64,000 nt of DNA from Bacteroidota bacterium (GTDB lineage: Bacteria > Bacteroidota > Ignavibacteria > UBA10030 > SZUA-254), in the NCBI GenBank assembly GCA_044449065.1, contig JBIOHP010000003.1, positions 68,076 through 132,075 on the forward strand, in the 5' to 3' direction. Position 1 is the stretch's first letter. Every line of letters begins with the position of its first letter. This document shows, in pieces, positions 25,415-35,295 of the stretch. Made by a program: the position numbers and the translations under genes. Below the pieces are notes generated by a model, which was given only the letters and a program-made list of their open reading frames with translations, had not been told where the DNA came from and made no database searches.

Positions 25415-26061
25415 GTCACGACTTTGAGTATTTCAAAAAACGATTTAACCTCATAATAAATTCGGGCGTGGGAATATGTCTGTTTATCGGGTTGGTTCTC
25501 TGTGGCATCGACAGATTGGATGTATTCGTTATAGATAAGAGTCAGTTATTTAACAAGTTCCTTTTTATATTCATACCCTGTGCCATAATAGTGTTAGCAT
25601 CCCAATTCGGCATGCGTACGTTTAAAAACAAAATTCAGGAAAAAACGGCCACGATTTGCCTTTTTTTCTCTGCTGTGTCTTTCATCGTGTTAATGGCGAT
25701 ACCTGTCTACTTCTTCGGGGGTGCTCATAAATCTTGCTTTACTCCCATCTTGATAACTGTTTCAAGTATGAGTGTTATCACAACAAAATCAAGGCAGATC
25801 AAGTTCATATTCTTCGGAGTTTGTTTAGCTCTATTTATTATTCTGTCAATGCCTGGATACTATCAAGAAATTTCAATTAATCCAAACATTGTATGGAAAA
25901 ATTATACAGGTGCTGATCTTTACAGTTTCATGGAGACAGCATCGGTTGTTGCTTGCCTTATAGTGAGTATTGCTTTGACTTGGAACGCAGGTTTGATATT
26001 CAAAGAAGACAATCCTCCCCAAACAAACGATAGCGGCCAACCAATTCAGCAAAGTTCTTAG
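25411..26061 (+). CDS. Hypothetical polytopic membrane protein; its start overlaps the upstream stop (ATGA), so the two genes form an operon
   Basis: 216 aa with 5-6 hydrophobic helices. It is translationally coupled to the upstream gene. Confidence 0.45.
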   Translation: MSHDFEYFKKRFNLIINSGVGICLFIGLVLCGIDRLDVFVIDKSQLFNKFLFIFIPCAIIVLASQFGMRTFKNKIQEKTATICLFFSAVSFIVLMAIPVYFFGGAHKSCFTPILITVSSMSVITTKSRQIKFIFFGVCLALFIILSMPGYYQEISINPNIVWKNYTGADLYSFMETASVVACLIVSIALTWNAGLIFKEDNPPQTNDSGQPIQQSS

Positions 26062-26924
26062 CTAAATCACCCAACTTCAATTTAGAGGCAGCTGAAACAA
26101 ATCTACCAATCTCACTGTAGATCGAAAGATTCTATGTGTGCCAACTCAGGAAAATACTAGGGTGTCCACAAACAAAACAAACCCTTGAAATAATCATCAA
26201 TTGCATGTGCGCGACGTTGAATAATGTTGATGCAATTAAACTTTCTACCTTCTTCTCAAATCAATTTTCTGTCCATAATTGTAGAATAAGGCACAAAAAC
26301 AATCCTGGACAAAGGCATCCCTAGAAGGAAATAATGGTTCTTTGGTTCATATCTTTAACCTTTACTATATTTACATTGAAACTCTATGAATGAATCGACA
26401 ATCTCGAAAATAGAATCAGTCGGAAACCTAATAAGGTTGAATAAATCAAACAATGTTGAAATATAATCATATATCTTCACAAATCTTCACACTCAATGTG
26501 AACGAGGGGGAGATATTTATTTGTCTCAAAATAAACTACTCAAGATAATTGTGAATAACTTATTCAGTTGAAAATTTAATTTGAAAATCTGCTCTGAGAT
26601 TGTTAATAATGTACCATTCCCTATTGTTGAGAGGCTCAGATTAAAAATTATTGGTTTATTGATTTAAGAAACAAAGTTTCTTATCTTCAATTGTCTTAGG
26701 AAATTGTCATAAAATATTAATAAAGTTACCGATACTTGGTTTACATTTCAACCTAAGAACCGTTCTTAATTATCAAACAAATGAAACTCGATCAAAAAGA
26801 ATTTCATTTCTATTACCGTTCACATGATTGAAAGCTTGGTAAATAACACGGATATTTTCAAATGATATGGTAAATGTTTGTTGACTTTAAGAAATCTGTT
26901 AATATAGTTAACTAAAATCATGGA

Positions 26925-26953
26925 TTGACACGTTTTGTATACGATTTTATAAC
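26925..26953 (+). promoter_or_regulatory. Candidate sigma70-type promoter (TTGACA-17 bp-TATAAC) upstream of the radical SAM gene
   Basis: The sequence is ttgacaCGTTTTGTATACGATTTtataac, about 120 bp upstream of the ATG at 27071. A second weaker candidate, TTGACT-16-TATAGT, is at 26881-26908. Confidence 0.35.
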
Positions 26954-27070
26954 ATAATTCATATGGAAAAACAACATAGCTATTTACCAAACCCAAATGA
27001 CTACTTAATTTGTTTTCCAAGCATGGCTTATTCAGGATTGCAGTTAATGACCACGACTGGATGAATCATA

Positions 27071-28507
27071 ATGAAAAAATTTAATCTTGCCTTGATCTCA
27101 CCCGGTAGAGAAGGAAGTGTGGTTTCTGGTCGGTGGAAAGGAATGGTAAATTTCTATCGCCTCACACTTCCATTGCTTGCTGGTCTAACACCGAAGGATC
27201 GTTACACGATTTCTATTTTTGATGAATGCGTTGATACAATTCCTCTGGATAGAGATTTTGATTTGGTGGCCATGAGTGTTATGACTGCTTATGCTCCAAG
27301 AGCATACGAATTGTGCCGTAATTTGCAAAAACGTGGATCTATCGTTGTTTTAGGAGGTCATCACCCTACTCTTCTTCCAACTGAAGCGATGGAATATGCT
27401 GATACAGTTGCCATAGGAGACGCTGAGGCAATCTGGCCACAGATTCTACAAGACTTTGAAAAAGGGATTCTCCAGAAAATATATCATGGTACAGATATTG
27501 GAGCTGATTTCAACCGATCTCTTTATCCCGATAGGTATTCTGTTAAACAAAAATCAATGCTTGTTTTTAATACAGTCGAAACCTCCCGAGGGTGTCCATA
27601 TCTTTGTGATTATTGCACAATTGCTTCATTCTATAAATCTAGTTATAGAAAATATAGCATTGAATCTGTAATGAGGGATATCGAATCTACAAATGGGAAA
27701 TACATTTTTTTTGTCGATGATAATCTCATTGGTGGAAACGCTCAAGACAGGAATCGTACTAAAGAGTTACTACGGGCCTTAATCCCTCTAAATAAACGAT
27801 GGTTTTGTCAGGCGACCGTCAAATTTGCTGATGACGAAGAGCTTCTTTCACTTGCTGCCTTGGCTGGCTGCGTTGGTGTGTATTTAGGTCTGGAATCAAT
27901 ATCGACTGAAAGCCTCAATGAGGTTAGGAAAGGATGGAACAAGCCCGAATCCTATTCGGAACGCATTAAGCGAATTCGTAGTGCAGGTATTGCAATCGAA
28001 GCTGGCTTGATATTCGGATTTGATCACGACAATCGTGATGTTTTCAAGCGTACGGCAGAATTCATTATCCAGACAGGAATCGAGAGTCCAAATGGCCATC
28101 TTCTAACTCCATATCCGGGGACACCTCTATTTGATCGAATGCAATCAGAAAAACGAATTCTTACCTACGATTGGAGCCTTTATAACACTGGTAATGTGGT
28201 CTTTAAACCCCTTAAGATGACTCCCGATGAATTATTTGAAGGATATGTCAACTGGTATCAGAAAATGTTCTCAACCTCGACAATCGTTGAGAGACTCACG
28301 AAGGCAAATTTTCCTTATTATACTGCCCTCATCGGATTAGCCAAGGCTATCGAGGTTAGGAGAAGAGAATTTCACATTCGGAAAACTACGATAGATAGCA
28401 AAACCTGTCCTACGAACCTGATAATTGATTGTGGTGCTATACCTGAGACTTTCAACAGTACCGAACGCCACTCATTTGATACGATTAACGTTCAAACAAC
28501 TCTTTAA
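27071..28507 (+). CDS. B12-binding (class B) radical SAM enzyme
   Basis: The N-terminal cobalamin-binding-like domain reads LVAMSVMTAYAPRAYELCRNLQKRGSIVVLGGHHPTLLP. The radical SAM CxxxCxxC motif is SRGCPYLCDYCTIAS. Confidence 0.8.
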   Translation: MKKFNLALISPGREGSVVSGRWKGMVNFYRLTLPLLAGLTPKDRYTISIFDECVDTIPLDRDFDLVAMSVMTAYAPRAYELCRNLQKRGSIVVLGGHHPTLLPTEAMEYADTVAIGDAEAIWPQILQDFEKGILQKIYHGTDIGADFNRSLYPDRYSVKQKSMLVFNTVETSRGCPYLCDYCTIASFYKSSYRKYSIESVMRDIESTNGKYIFFVDDNLIGGNAQDRNRTKELLRALIPLNKRWFCQATVKFADDEELLSLAALAGCVGVYLGLESISTESLNEVRKGWNKPESYSERIKRIRSAGIAIEAGLIFGFDHDNRDVFKRTAEFIIQTGIESPNGHLLTPYPGTPLFDRMQSEKRILTYDWSLYNTGNVVFKPLKMTPDELFEGYVNWYQKMFSTSTIVERLTKANFPYYTALIGLAKAIEVRRREFHIRKTTIDSKTCPTNLIIDCGAIPETFNSTERHSFDTINVQTTL

Positions 28508-28854
28508 CTAAATTTGAAAGTCGAAATACATTCGACTCTATACTATCTTCATCAATTAAACATGGTTGCTTTGAATTAATTGTTTGAGAAGGTAAAAGTT
28601 ATAGTATCATTCTTCTGTAGTTATTGTTTCGGGCCCCCGCTACCAGAGAAAACCGGTTTCTGAAAAGAGATCGGCTTTTGTTATAATGAGGTACAGACTG
28701 TCAAAGCGGAACCGGTTGAAATGATTGATGTGTTCCGTTTGATTCACGAATGATTTAGCGCCAAACGGATACCTTGCCTCAATATCGATTTCGCTCAAGC
28801 GGGCTTGGTTACTCTAGATATTATTTCATTAATTTTTATCAGAATGGAAAAACG

Positions 28855-29421
28855 ATGAAACTGAAGCTTTTTGATCCACATGAAACCGATCAGATGCAGC
28901 GGTACGCCGGCATTCCTCTTGCCTCGTTTACTTCACGGGGAATTGCATTGTTTATCGACGTCCTCGCGGGCTCTGTCTTCACGTTCTTTATAGTTGTGCT
29001 TATTACCTTAACCCAATACTTTCTTTTCCACGTATCTGAACGACCGGACACGTTTGGCAATGCGCTGCTGAAAGAAATGATTGATACCGGATTAGGTACC
29101 GAAAAACCCGGCGGTGACGTTGTTGTTGCTCTGAATCCTCATTCAAGCGTGTTCACCGCGATCGGCATTGGCATCTATTTTGCCATCATAACATACGTGA
29201 CAAACGGGAGTTCGCTGGGCAAGCGGTTGATGAGGATTCGGGTGATCTCTTTAGTGCACGAAAAGATATCCGTCTGGCAATCGGTTGAACGAGCCCTGGG
29301 ATATTCGGCTTCCCTTGCGGAAGCGGGATTTGGGTTTTTTCAATACTTCATTCATCCAAACCGCCGCACCGTCCATGACAGGATTGCGGAGACGATTGTG
29401 ATTAAGGTGGTGAAGAAGTAA
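28855..29421 (+). CDS. Small polytopic membrane protein (RDD-family-like)
   Basis: The in-frame ATG at 28855 follows a GGAAAAA ribosome-binding site. There are three hydrophobic helices, and the GKRLMRIRV motif resembles the RDD family. The stop codon lies 3 nt before the attR-like repeat. Confidence 0.4.
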   Translation: MKLKLFDPHETDQMQRYAGIPLASFTSRGIALFIDVLAGSVFTFFIVVLITLTQYFLFHVSERPDTFGNALLKEMIDTGLGTEKPGGDVVVALNPHSSVFTAIGIGIYFAIITYVTNGSSLGKRLMRIRVISLVHEKISVWQSVERALGYSASLAEAGFGFFQYFIHPNRRTVHDRIAETIVIKVVKK

Positions 29422-29423
29422 CG

Positions 29424-29454
29424 TACCCCCGCTACAATAACTACAGAAACCTCA
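29424..29454 (+). repeat. attR-like 31-bp direct repeat copy
   Basis: Identical to 23154-23184. Confidence 0.8.
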
Positions 29455-29710
29455 GATCGAAAAAAGGGGTTTTCTGCTTAATATACTGTCATGAACTAAT
29501 AATTCGGGTAAATTTATAAAGTGGAGACAAACCATTTGTCAGCATTGGCTCGAGCATCCTTTCCTAACTGGTAGGTCAATCCTTTTTTTTCCTATCAAGT
29601 GGCAAGAATTGACGAAAGTCCGCGGAATTTGTATATTGGTCAATTCAATACTCATTAAGTTCTCGTTTTTTTGATCGTTACTGGTCAATAATCCATTCTG
29701 AATTTATCAG

Positions 29711-30334
29711 ATGAAAAGAACGTCACTCGATCTTGAACAACATATTTTTCACTCACCTAATTTTCGGAGTGTAATTACAGAGGCAGTAAAATTTTTCCGT
29801 AGTACACCTCCAGTTGATCTTCCGCCTGGAGAGAAATTTATAGGTGGGGGTGTCTATGCATTGTACTACAAAGGGACATTTAAATATTATAAGCCACTCG
29901 CAAAGCAAAATGCGAAGGAATTTGTTCAACCAATATATGTTGGGAAAGCTGTTCCTCCCGGATGGAGGACAGGGAGAATCTCAAACTCTGAAAGTATGGA
30001 TTTATTCCGTAGACTGAGTGAGCATGCTAAGAGCATAATGCAGGCACAAAACCTGAATCTGGTGGATTTTCGATGTCGGTTCGTTATCTTGAACGAAGCA
30101 GAGGGTGATCTGATTGTTCCCCTGGAAGCCGAGTTAATTCGAGTTTATTCTCCGATCTGGAATCAGGTCGTTGATGGATTCGGAAATCACGACCCAGGCT
30201 CAGGGAGGTATGATCAAGCAACATCAGAATGGGATATTTTGCATCCGGGACGAACATGGACAAAAAACCTTCGAGGAGTCGCGCCAGTTCTTAAAAACAT
30301 TGTCGCCAACGTAAAAGCTGCTCTCGTTAAATAA
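29711..30334 (+). CDS. Hypothetical protein with a GIY-YIG-like motif; candidate type II restriction endonuclease (Eco29kI/Cfr42I-like class) partnered with the convergent methyltransferase
   Basis: GGGVYALYY...QPIYVGKA gives a GVY...IYVG motif, followed by conserved R (GWRTGR) and E/N positions (LNEAEGD, IWN). It is about 207 aa, a size typical of GIY-YIG restriction enzymes. It is convergent with and 8 bp from the methyltransferase stop. Confidence 0.4.
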   Translation: MKRTSLDLEQHIFHSPNFRSVITEAVKFFRSTPPVDLPPGEKFIGGGVYALYYKGTFKYYKPLAKQNAKEFVQPIYVGKAVPPGWRTGRISNSESMDLFRRLSEHAKSIMQAQNLNLVDFRCRFVILNEAEGDLIVPLEAELIRVYSPIWNQVVDGFGNHDPGSGRYDQATSEWDILHPGRTWTKNLRGVAPVLKNIVANVKAALVK

Positions 30335-30341
30335 AGAAATA

Positions 30342-31691
30342 TTATTTCTTCTTAACGACTACGACAGCTTCGTAGAGTGAGTGAGAGTTCTTCGCTTTTG
30401 TCACGCGTACCGTTGATTGAATAATGCTATTGCCTATTCGGGTTTTTCGTGGCACGTTAATCTCGATCAACTTAAGACCACAATACTCTGCGATTTCTCC
30501 GAAAAATTCATCCGTTGGAATTTGGATTCCCTGAAGGATACTGTTCCCAATGACAATAAATGCGTAGTGATCACTCTTGAGCGCATGCTTTATTCCCGTT
30601 GCAAGCTTATGGCAGTCGTTAAAATATGAAATTGCATAATTTGCCCAACCCTTGCCGCCATATATCCCTTTTTCCTGATTGCAACCACTCAAATTTTGGA
30701 TCGTCTTAATCAGTTTATCCGATGGAGATGAAAATTCCCATCTTACATTGTCTTTTTCTCTGACGGTCTGCCAGTACTTACCGAAGTTCATCTCTTCAAG
30801 TTTCTGCATATCGTCCGTGCTCAATGCATATCCTAACCAATAGAGTTGAGGTCGAGTGTTCCGGTTGTAATGGTAGTTATTGAGATATGGTGGTGACGTG
30901 ATTACAATGTCTATTGATTCTTTCATCAGGTGCTTCGTCACATTGAAAAAAGAATCGTTAATAACCGTTCCTTTTCCATGGAGAGGGTTGGGCTTAAATT
31001 GAATTTCTTCAACATCCTCAGACATTTCAGATAGCTTCGATTTCATCGTCTCGATCACGGGAAAGTCATCGAACTCGTTCTTGCCGGAACCCTTGCGTGT
31101 TCCTAAACTAGGCTCATACGAATAATTCGAATATCGAACCATCGTCGCACCGAAGGCGAGCATGAATAAATCATTAATCCGTTTATTCTTCAAAGACGAG
31201 ATAAAATCTTGAATCACCAAGACCTTCCTGAGAATCTTTGGATTGTAGAATGCAATTCGAGTCTTGAAGGTCTCGGGGGGCTTGCTGAACGGTGTATAAT
31301 TCGATTTAAGAGTATTAATGCAGAATTCCTCGAATAGGTCGATATTTTTCCTGAGCAATTTGAGGTCAATACTCAAAGATGCCACCTTTACTTTGCTTGC
31401 AAGTGCGGCGTAAGGATTGATTTCAAAACCTATAGCATCATGACCGAGCGTGCATGCCTCAATTAGCGTTGTCCCTACTCCTGCAAATGGATCAAGCACC
31501 GTTCCCTTTTTAGTCATATATCGCTGCAGGACATCCTGAACGAAGAGACTCGAAAATCCAGCTATCCAAGGAACCCATCTGTGAATGGGTAGTGATTTGT
31601 TATTAGCAAATGCCGGATCAACAAAATCTTCACCGTTCTTTCGCAAACGGGAAGCAACATTTAGTTCGAAGAGTTCGGTTTGTAAGTGCAT
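30342..31691 (-). CDS. Site-specific DNA methyltransferase (amino-methyltransferase, N4-C/N6-A type)
   Basis: AdoMet motif I DPFAGVGTTLIEA and catalytic motif IV VITSPPYLNNY. SPPY favours N4-cytosine specificity. Confidence 0.75.
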   Translation of the reverse strand: MHLQTELFELNVASRLRKNGEDFVDPAFANNKSLPIHRWVPWIAGFSSLFVQDVLQRYMTKKGTVLDPFAGVGTTLIEACTLGHDAIGFEINPYAALASKVKVASLSIDLKLLRKNIDLFEEFCINTLKSNYTPFSKPPETFKTRIAFYNPKILRKVLVIQDFISSLKNKRINDLFMLAFGATMVRYSNYSYEPSLGTRKGSGKNEFDDFPVIETMKSKLSEMSEDVEEIQFKPNPLHGKGTVINDSFFNVTKHLMKESIDIVITSPPYLNNYHYNRNTRPQLYWLGYALSTDDMQKLEEMNFGKYWQTVREKDNVRWEFSSPSDKLIKTIQNLSGCNQEKGIYGGKGWANYAISYFNDCHKLATGIKHALKSDHYAFIVIGNSILQGIQIPTDEFFGEIAEYCGLKLIEINVPRKTRIGNSIIQSTVRVTKAKNSHSLYEAVVVVKKK

Positions 31692-31926
31692 TTCATTTAT
31701 TCTTTATTGAAGTTTACGAAAACCCAGCATTAATCTCAAATCCTCATGGTTTTACTTCTTCTATTTGCTTGCCTGCCTTCGGTTTGGTGACTTGTGCCAT
31801 TTTCCATTGACTAAATTCCATTCTTTGTTTATACTTAAAAATTCTTATACTTGGTGTTACATCTATATAAATAGTTGGATAAATCAAGCAAAATTCTTTA
31901 AGTGGCTCTGAAACCCGAATATTGAG

Positions 31927-34900
31927 ATGAAACAATTCAATAAACCTGGACGAATGGTCAAATCACAATACGCCTTGTGGTTTATGGCATTTCTCGGTTT
32001 GTTCATATTGTTTTATTCATCATCCAAATCCCAAAGTCTTGATTTCACAGAGAAATCGCGCTGGGTGCATTTTACTACATACTCAGGCCTGCCCGCGGGT
32101 GAAATTAACGGTATATTTGAATCCTCCGATAGCACGTTGTGGGTATCAACATTGCAGGGGCTTGCATGCTTTGATGGTTATAGATGGAGAAGCGGCGATA
32201 GCTCCGCCGGCTGGCCCACAAATAAAAGCGTAACGATTCGGGGCGAGTATCACGATAGTATATTAATTTTATTTTCCGGAACAGAATTTCTGGGAAATAA
32301 AAATGGATTTCGTAAAATTATAGAGCGTGTACACGATAGTGTTACCATCATTGGAAAATCTTTCCATCCGTCAGATGAATACACGGCTCTTTTCACACTT
32401 TATAGCGATTACTTCCGCAACAAGCCTGATCCGGACTTCGTTAAAACCGTAAAATCGTTTTACCCCGCGAAGAACGGAAGTCTATGGATAACCCGGAACG
32501 ACGGCTTATACCGGTGGGATGGCAATCAGTGGCGATTCAGATTTCAATTATCGAACCCGCGCGCACTGGGGAGTGTAATCTTGCTGTCGGAAAATAACAG
32601 CGGTTCGGGCATCTGCCTCGAACGAATGCCGACTGGTCAAACGGGGATGTGGGAATGGATACATAATGGCCCCTTCATCCAGTGTGAGATGGAGCATCAA
32701 TATCTTTATATGACCAGTGCCGATATTGACGACTCTGATAATGTCGTTTCCGTGAGTCAGGGAGGTGAAATCTATGTGAGGACAGACAACGGATGGAAAA
32801 TTTTGCCCTTCTTTCCCGATAATCCAAAAAATATTACCAAAGTGTTATTCAGAAAAAATGGCGATCTGTGCGTCGGCAGCGATGAAGGAATATCAATCTG
32901 GCGGCGGTCATTCAATACCTGGACTACCCTGCCTCAATCCTCAACGGAATTGAAAAACTGCATCGATGAAATTCTTCTGACGAGGAAAGGCGACCTGTGG
33001 ATTGGATCCGCCAATGGATTCGAAATCAGATATGCGGATGGGAGGGTTGAGGATAAGACAGTCCTCGATAATAAGAGAATTTTGAATATTACCGGTCTAC
33101 AGGAAGACGACGATGGAAATATCTGGATATCGAGCGGCTCCTCTTTCGATGGCGCGTATAAGTGGGATGGAAAATCGTGGACGTATTACCCGATACAACA
33201 ATCTTCCCAGGGAATTTATGTCCACAAAATCCGTAAAGACAAACGTGGACGGCTTTGGTTTCTTGGCCTCGGACAAAATCTTGTTCCACCAATCGATGAT
33301 GAACCGGGTGCTTACGTTCTTGATCACGGCATATTTACAAAATGGGGTTTGAAGGAAGGTTTGCACAGCGCCCGTGTGTACGCGTTTGATGAAGGAGATA
33401 AAGGGACTTTTTATTTTGGCACTCACAAAGGGATATGCAGATTCAGAGACGGAGCGTGGACATATTGGACAACAGGGAATGGGTTGCGTGAGGATCATGT
33501 GTTTTGCCTGGCGGCAGATCATGAGGGTGGAATCTGGTTTGGACATATGAATACTGTCGGATTGGGTTATATCGATGCGCATGATAGCGTTCATTATTTC
33601 ACCACCGACGATGGCATTCCCGATAACCGTGTCTATGATATCAAAGTAGATGCTGGCGGAGTTGTGTGGGTCGCTACTCATGGCGGACTCTGTTGTTATG
33701 ATCATGGGCAATGGTCAATTTTTGATGAGAAGAGCGGATTAATTTCCAATTCCCTCTGGCCCGTGTTACCGCTGGACCACGATGTTTATGTGGGAACGAC
33801 GGGAAAGGGCGTGGCAATTCTCAACCGGGATGCTGGAAGATCATTGTATCCAAAAGTAGAAAATGAGAAGCCGATCGTTGAAAATCAGAATGTCTATATC
33901 AGATGGAAATCTTTCGCGTACTATGGGGAAGTAATGCCTGAAAATTCGCTCACACGATACCGCATCAATAACGACAATTGGTCGCCATGGAACACAACCC
34001 ATGAGATATCGTATCGGGAACTGGCAGCAGGTCAATATACAATTGGTATTCAGGGTAAGGGTTTATACGGTCAGTTTAATCCTGTTCCGGAAAATGCAAC
34101 ATTTATAATCTTACCGCCGCTGTATCTCCGCCCGATCATTTATATTCCAGCAAGCGGCGCAATTCTGGCTATGGCAATGCTGTTAACATTGCTGCAATTA
34201 CGACGGATAAAACATCGCAAAGAACTTACGAAGAGCGAAGAACGGTACCGCCTGATCACGGAATTGATGTCCGATTATGCCTATTTGTATCACATTGAGG
34301 ATGAGGGACGGCTGAACGTACTTTGGATAACCGAATCGTTTACGCGGCTCACCGGTTATTCAATAGAAGAGTTCAAGCAATCAGAATTCTTCGAAAGGTA
34401 TAATCACGCCGAGGATCTGCCGTTTATCCTCAAAATGCATGAAGCCGTTATGAATGGAACGCCGGAGAGTTATGAAGGTAGAGTAAAAACTAAAAATGGC
34501 GATACCCTCTGGATGCATAACCATCTGGCGCCAATCTGGAATAGCGATCATACACGCGTGACGCATATGTATGGAATTGCCAGAGATATCACGCGGCGAA
34601 AACATGATGAAGAGCAAATGCGGATGCTCGCCACGGAACTTTCCACTACCGAAGAGCGGGAACGGCGAAGAATGGCTGAGTTTCTTCATGATACGATAGG
34701 GCAGACACTGGCGTTTTCAAAAATAAAGCTCCGCACAATTGAACGATCCTCAACTGATGAAAAAGTGCATACCCAGATCGAAGAAGTTCGAAAGCTTATC
34801 GAAGAATCGATAAAAAATACGCGTTCGCTTACCTTTGAACTGAGTCCTCCTACGCTGTATGAATTAGGCCTGGTGGAATCTGTCCGATCGTTAGCCGAAC

Positions 34901-35295
34901 AGATGTTCGCACAGCATAATATCCGGTTACAATTTGAAAATGAAGAATTGTCAATTCACACGGGGAATGAATTGAGTATTGCGCTTTACTATGCGGTGCG
35001 TGAAGTTCTCATTAATATCGTCAAACATTCCGGCGCCACCGAAGTATCAATTGTTATTCCTTCTTCTAACGACTTCATCCGGGTAATAATCCGTGATAAC
35101 GGCAGGGGAATTGATCCACTCCCTTCCGGCTCTCCCTCAAAAACTGAAACGTCTTTTGGATTGTTCAATATCCGCGAACGTCTCAAACATCTCGGCGGAA
35201 GCCTTGAAATTAATTCAGCGCCAAACGCAGGAACCACAATTACGTTAACAATTCCCCTTACGTCGGGAGATATCAGAGAAGAGGTAAAATCATGA
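31927..35295 (+). CDS. Sensor histidine kinase with a periplasmic two-component-regulator beta-propeller (Reg_prop) and Y_Y_Y domain, a TM segment, a PAS domain, and a HisKA_3/HATPase_c kinase core
   Basis: Repeated Reg_prop units (GLACFDGYRW, GLYRWDGNQW, GAYKWDGKSWTYY, GICRFRDGAWTYW, GLCCYDHGQWSIF). A TM helix (IIYIPASGAILAMAMLL). A NarL-family H-box (MAEFLHDTIGQTLAF). An ATP-binding region (VIIRDNGRGI...FGLFNIRERLKHLGG). Confidence 0.85.
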   Translation: MKQFNKPGRMVKSQYALWFMAFLGLFILFYSSSKSQSLDFTEKSRWVHFTTYSGLPAGEINGIFESSDSTLWVSTLQGLACFDGYRWRSGDSSAGWPTNKSVTIRGEYHDSILILFSGTEFLGNKNGFRKIIERVHDSVTIIGKSFHPSDEYTALFTLYSDYFRNKPDPDFVKTVKSFYPAKNGSLWITRNDGLYRWDGNQWRFRFQLSNPRALGSVILLSENNSGSGICLERMPTGQTGMWEWIHNGPFIQCEMEHQYLYMTSADIDDSDNVVSVSQGGEIYVRTDNGWKILPFFPDNPKNITKVLFRKNGDLCVGSDEGISIWRRSFNTWTTLPQSSTELKNCIDEILLTRKGDLWIGSANGFEIRYADGRVEDKTVLDNKRILNITGLQEDDDGNIWISSGSSFDGAYKWDGKSWTYYPIQQSSQGIYVHKIRKDKRGRLWFLGLGQNLVPPIDDEPGAYVLDHGIFTKWGLKEGLHSARVYAFDEGDKGTFYFGTHKGICRFRDGAWTYWTTGNGLREDHVFCLAADHEGGIWFGHMNTVGLGYIDAHDSVHYFTTDDGIPDNRVYDIKVDAGGVVWVATHGGLCCYDHGQWSIFDEKSGLISNSLWPVLPLDHDVYVGTTGKGVAILNRDAGRSLYPKVENEKPIVENQNVYIRWKSFAYYGEVMPENSLTRYRINNDNWSPWNTTHEISYRELAAGQYTIGIQGKGLYGQFNPVPENATFIILPPLYLRPIIYIPASGAILAMAMLLTLLQLRRIKHRKELTKSEERYRLITELMSDYAYLYHIEDEGRLNVLWITESFTRLTGYSIEEFKQSEFFERYNHAEDLPFILKMHEAVMNGTPESYEGRVKTKNGDTLWMHNHLAPIWNSDHTRVTHMYGIARDITRRKHDEEQMRMLATELSTTEERERRRMAEFLHDTIGQTLAFSKIKLRTIERSSTDEKVHTQIEEVRKLIEESIKNTRSLTFELSPPTLYELGLVESVRSLAEQMFAQHNIRLQFENEELSIHTGNELSIALYYAVREVLINIVKHSGATEVSIVIPSSNDFIRVIIRDNGRGIDPLPSGSPSKTETSFGLFNIRERLKHLGGSLEINSAPNAGTTITLTIPLTSGDIREEVKS

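Larger units (their letters stand above)
23154..29454. mobile_element. A 6.3-kb tRNA-fMet-associated genomic island or integrated-element remnant, bounded by 31-bp perfect direct repeats. No integrase is present. It is visibly AT-rich relative to its flanks.
   Basis: The direct repeat duplicates the tRNA 3' end, which is a classic att-site architecture. The interior 24100-27050 is strongly AT-rich with sparse ORFs. The coding content is atypical: membrane proteins, a B12-rSAM enzyme and hypotheticals. Confidence 0.6.

Noticed and set aside
26062-27070. A 1-kb AT-rich gap inside the island, examined for a CRISPR array, ncRNA or degraded integrase
   Set aside because: There are no direct repeats with regular spacing, no long ORF in any frame, and no recognisable integrase or transposase remnants. 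Only promoter-like hexamers were found, and those are reported separately.
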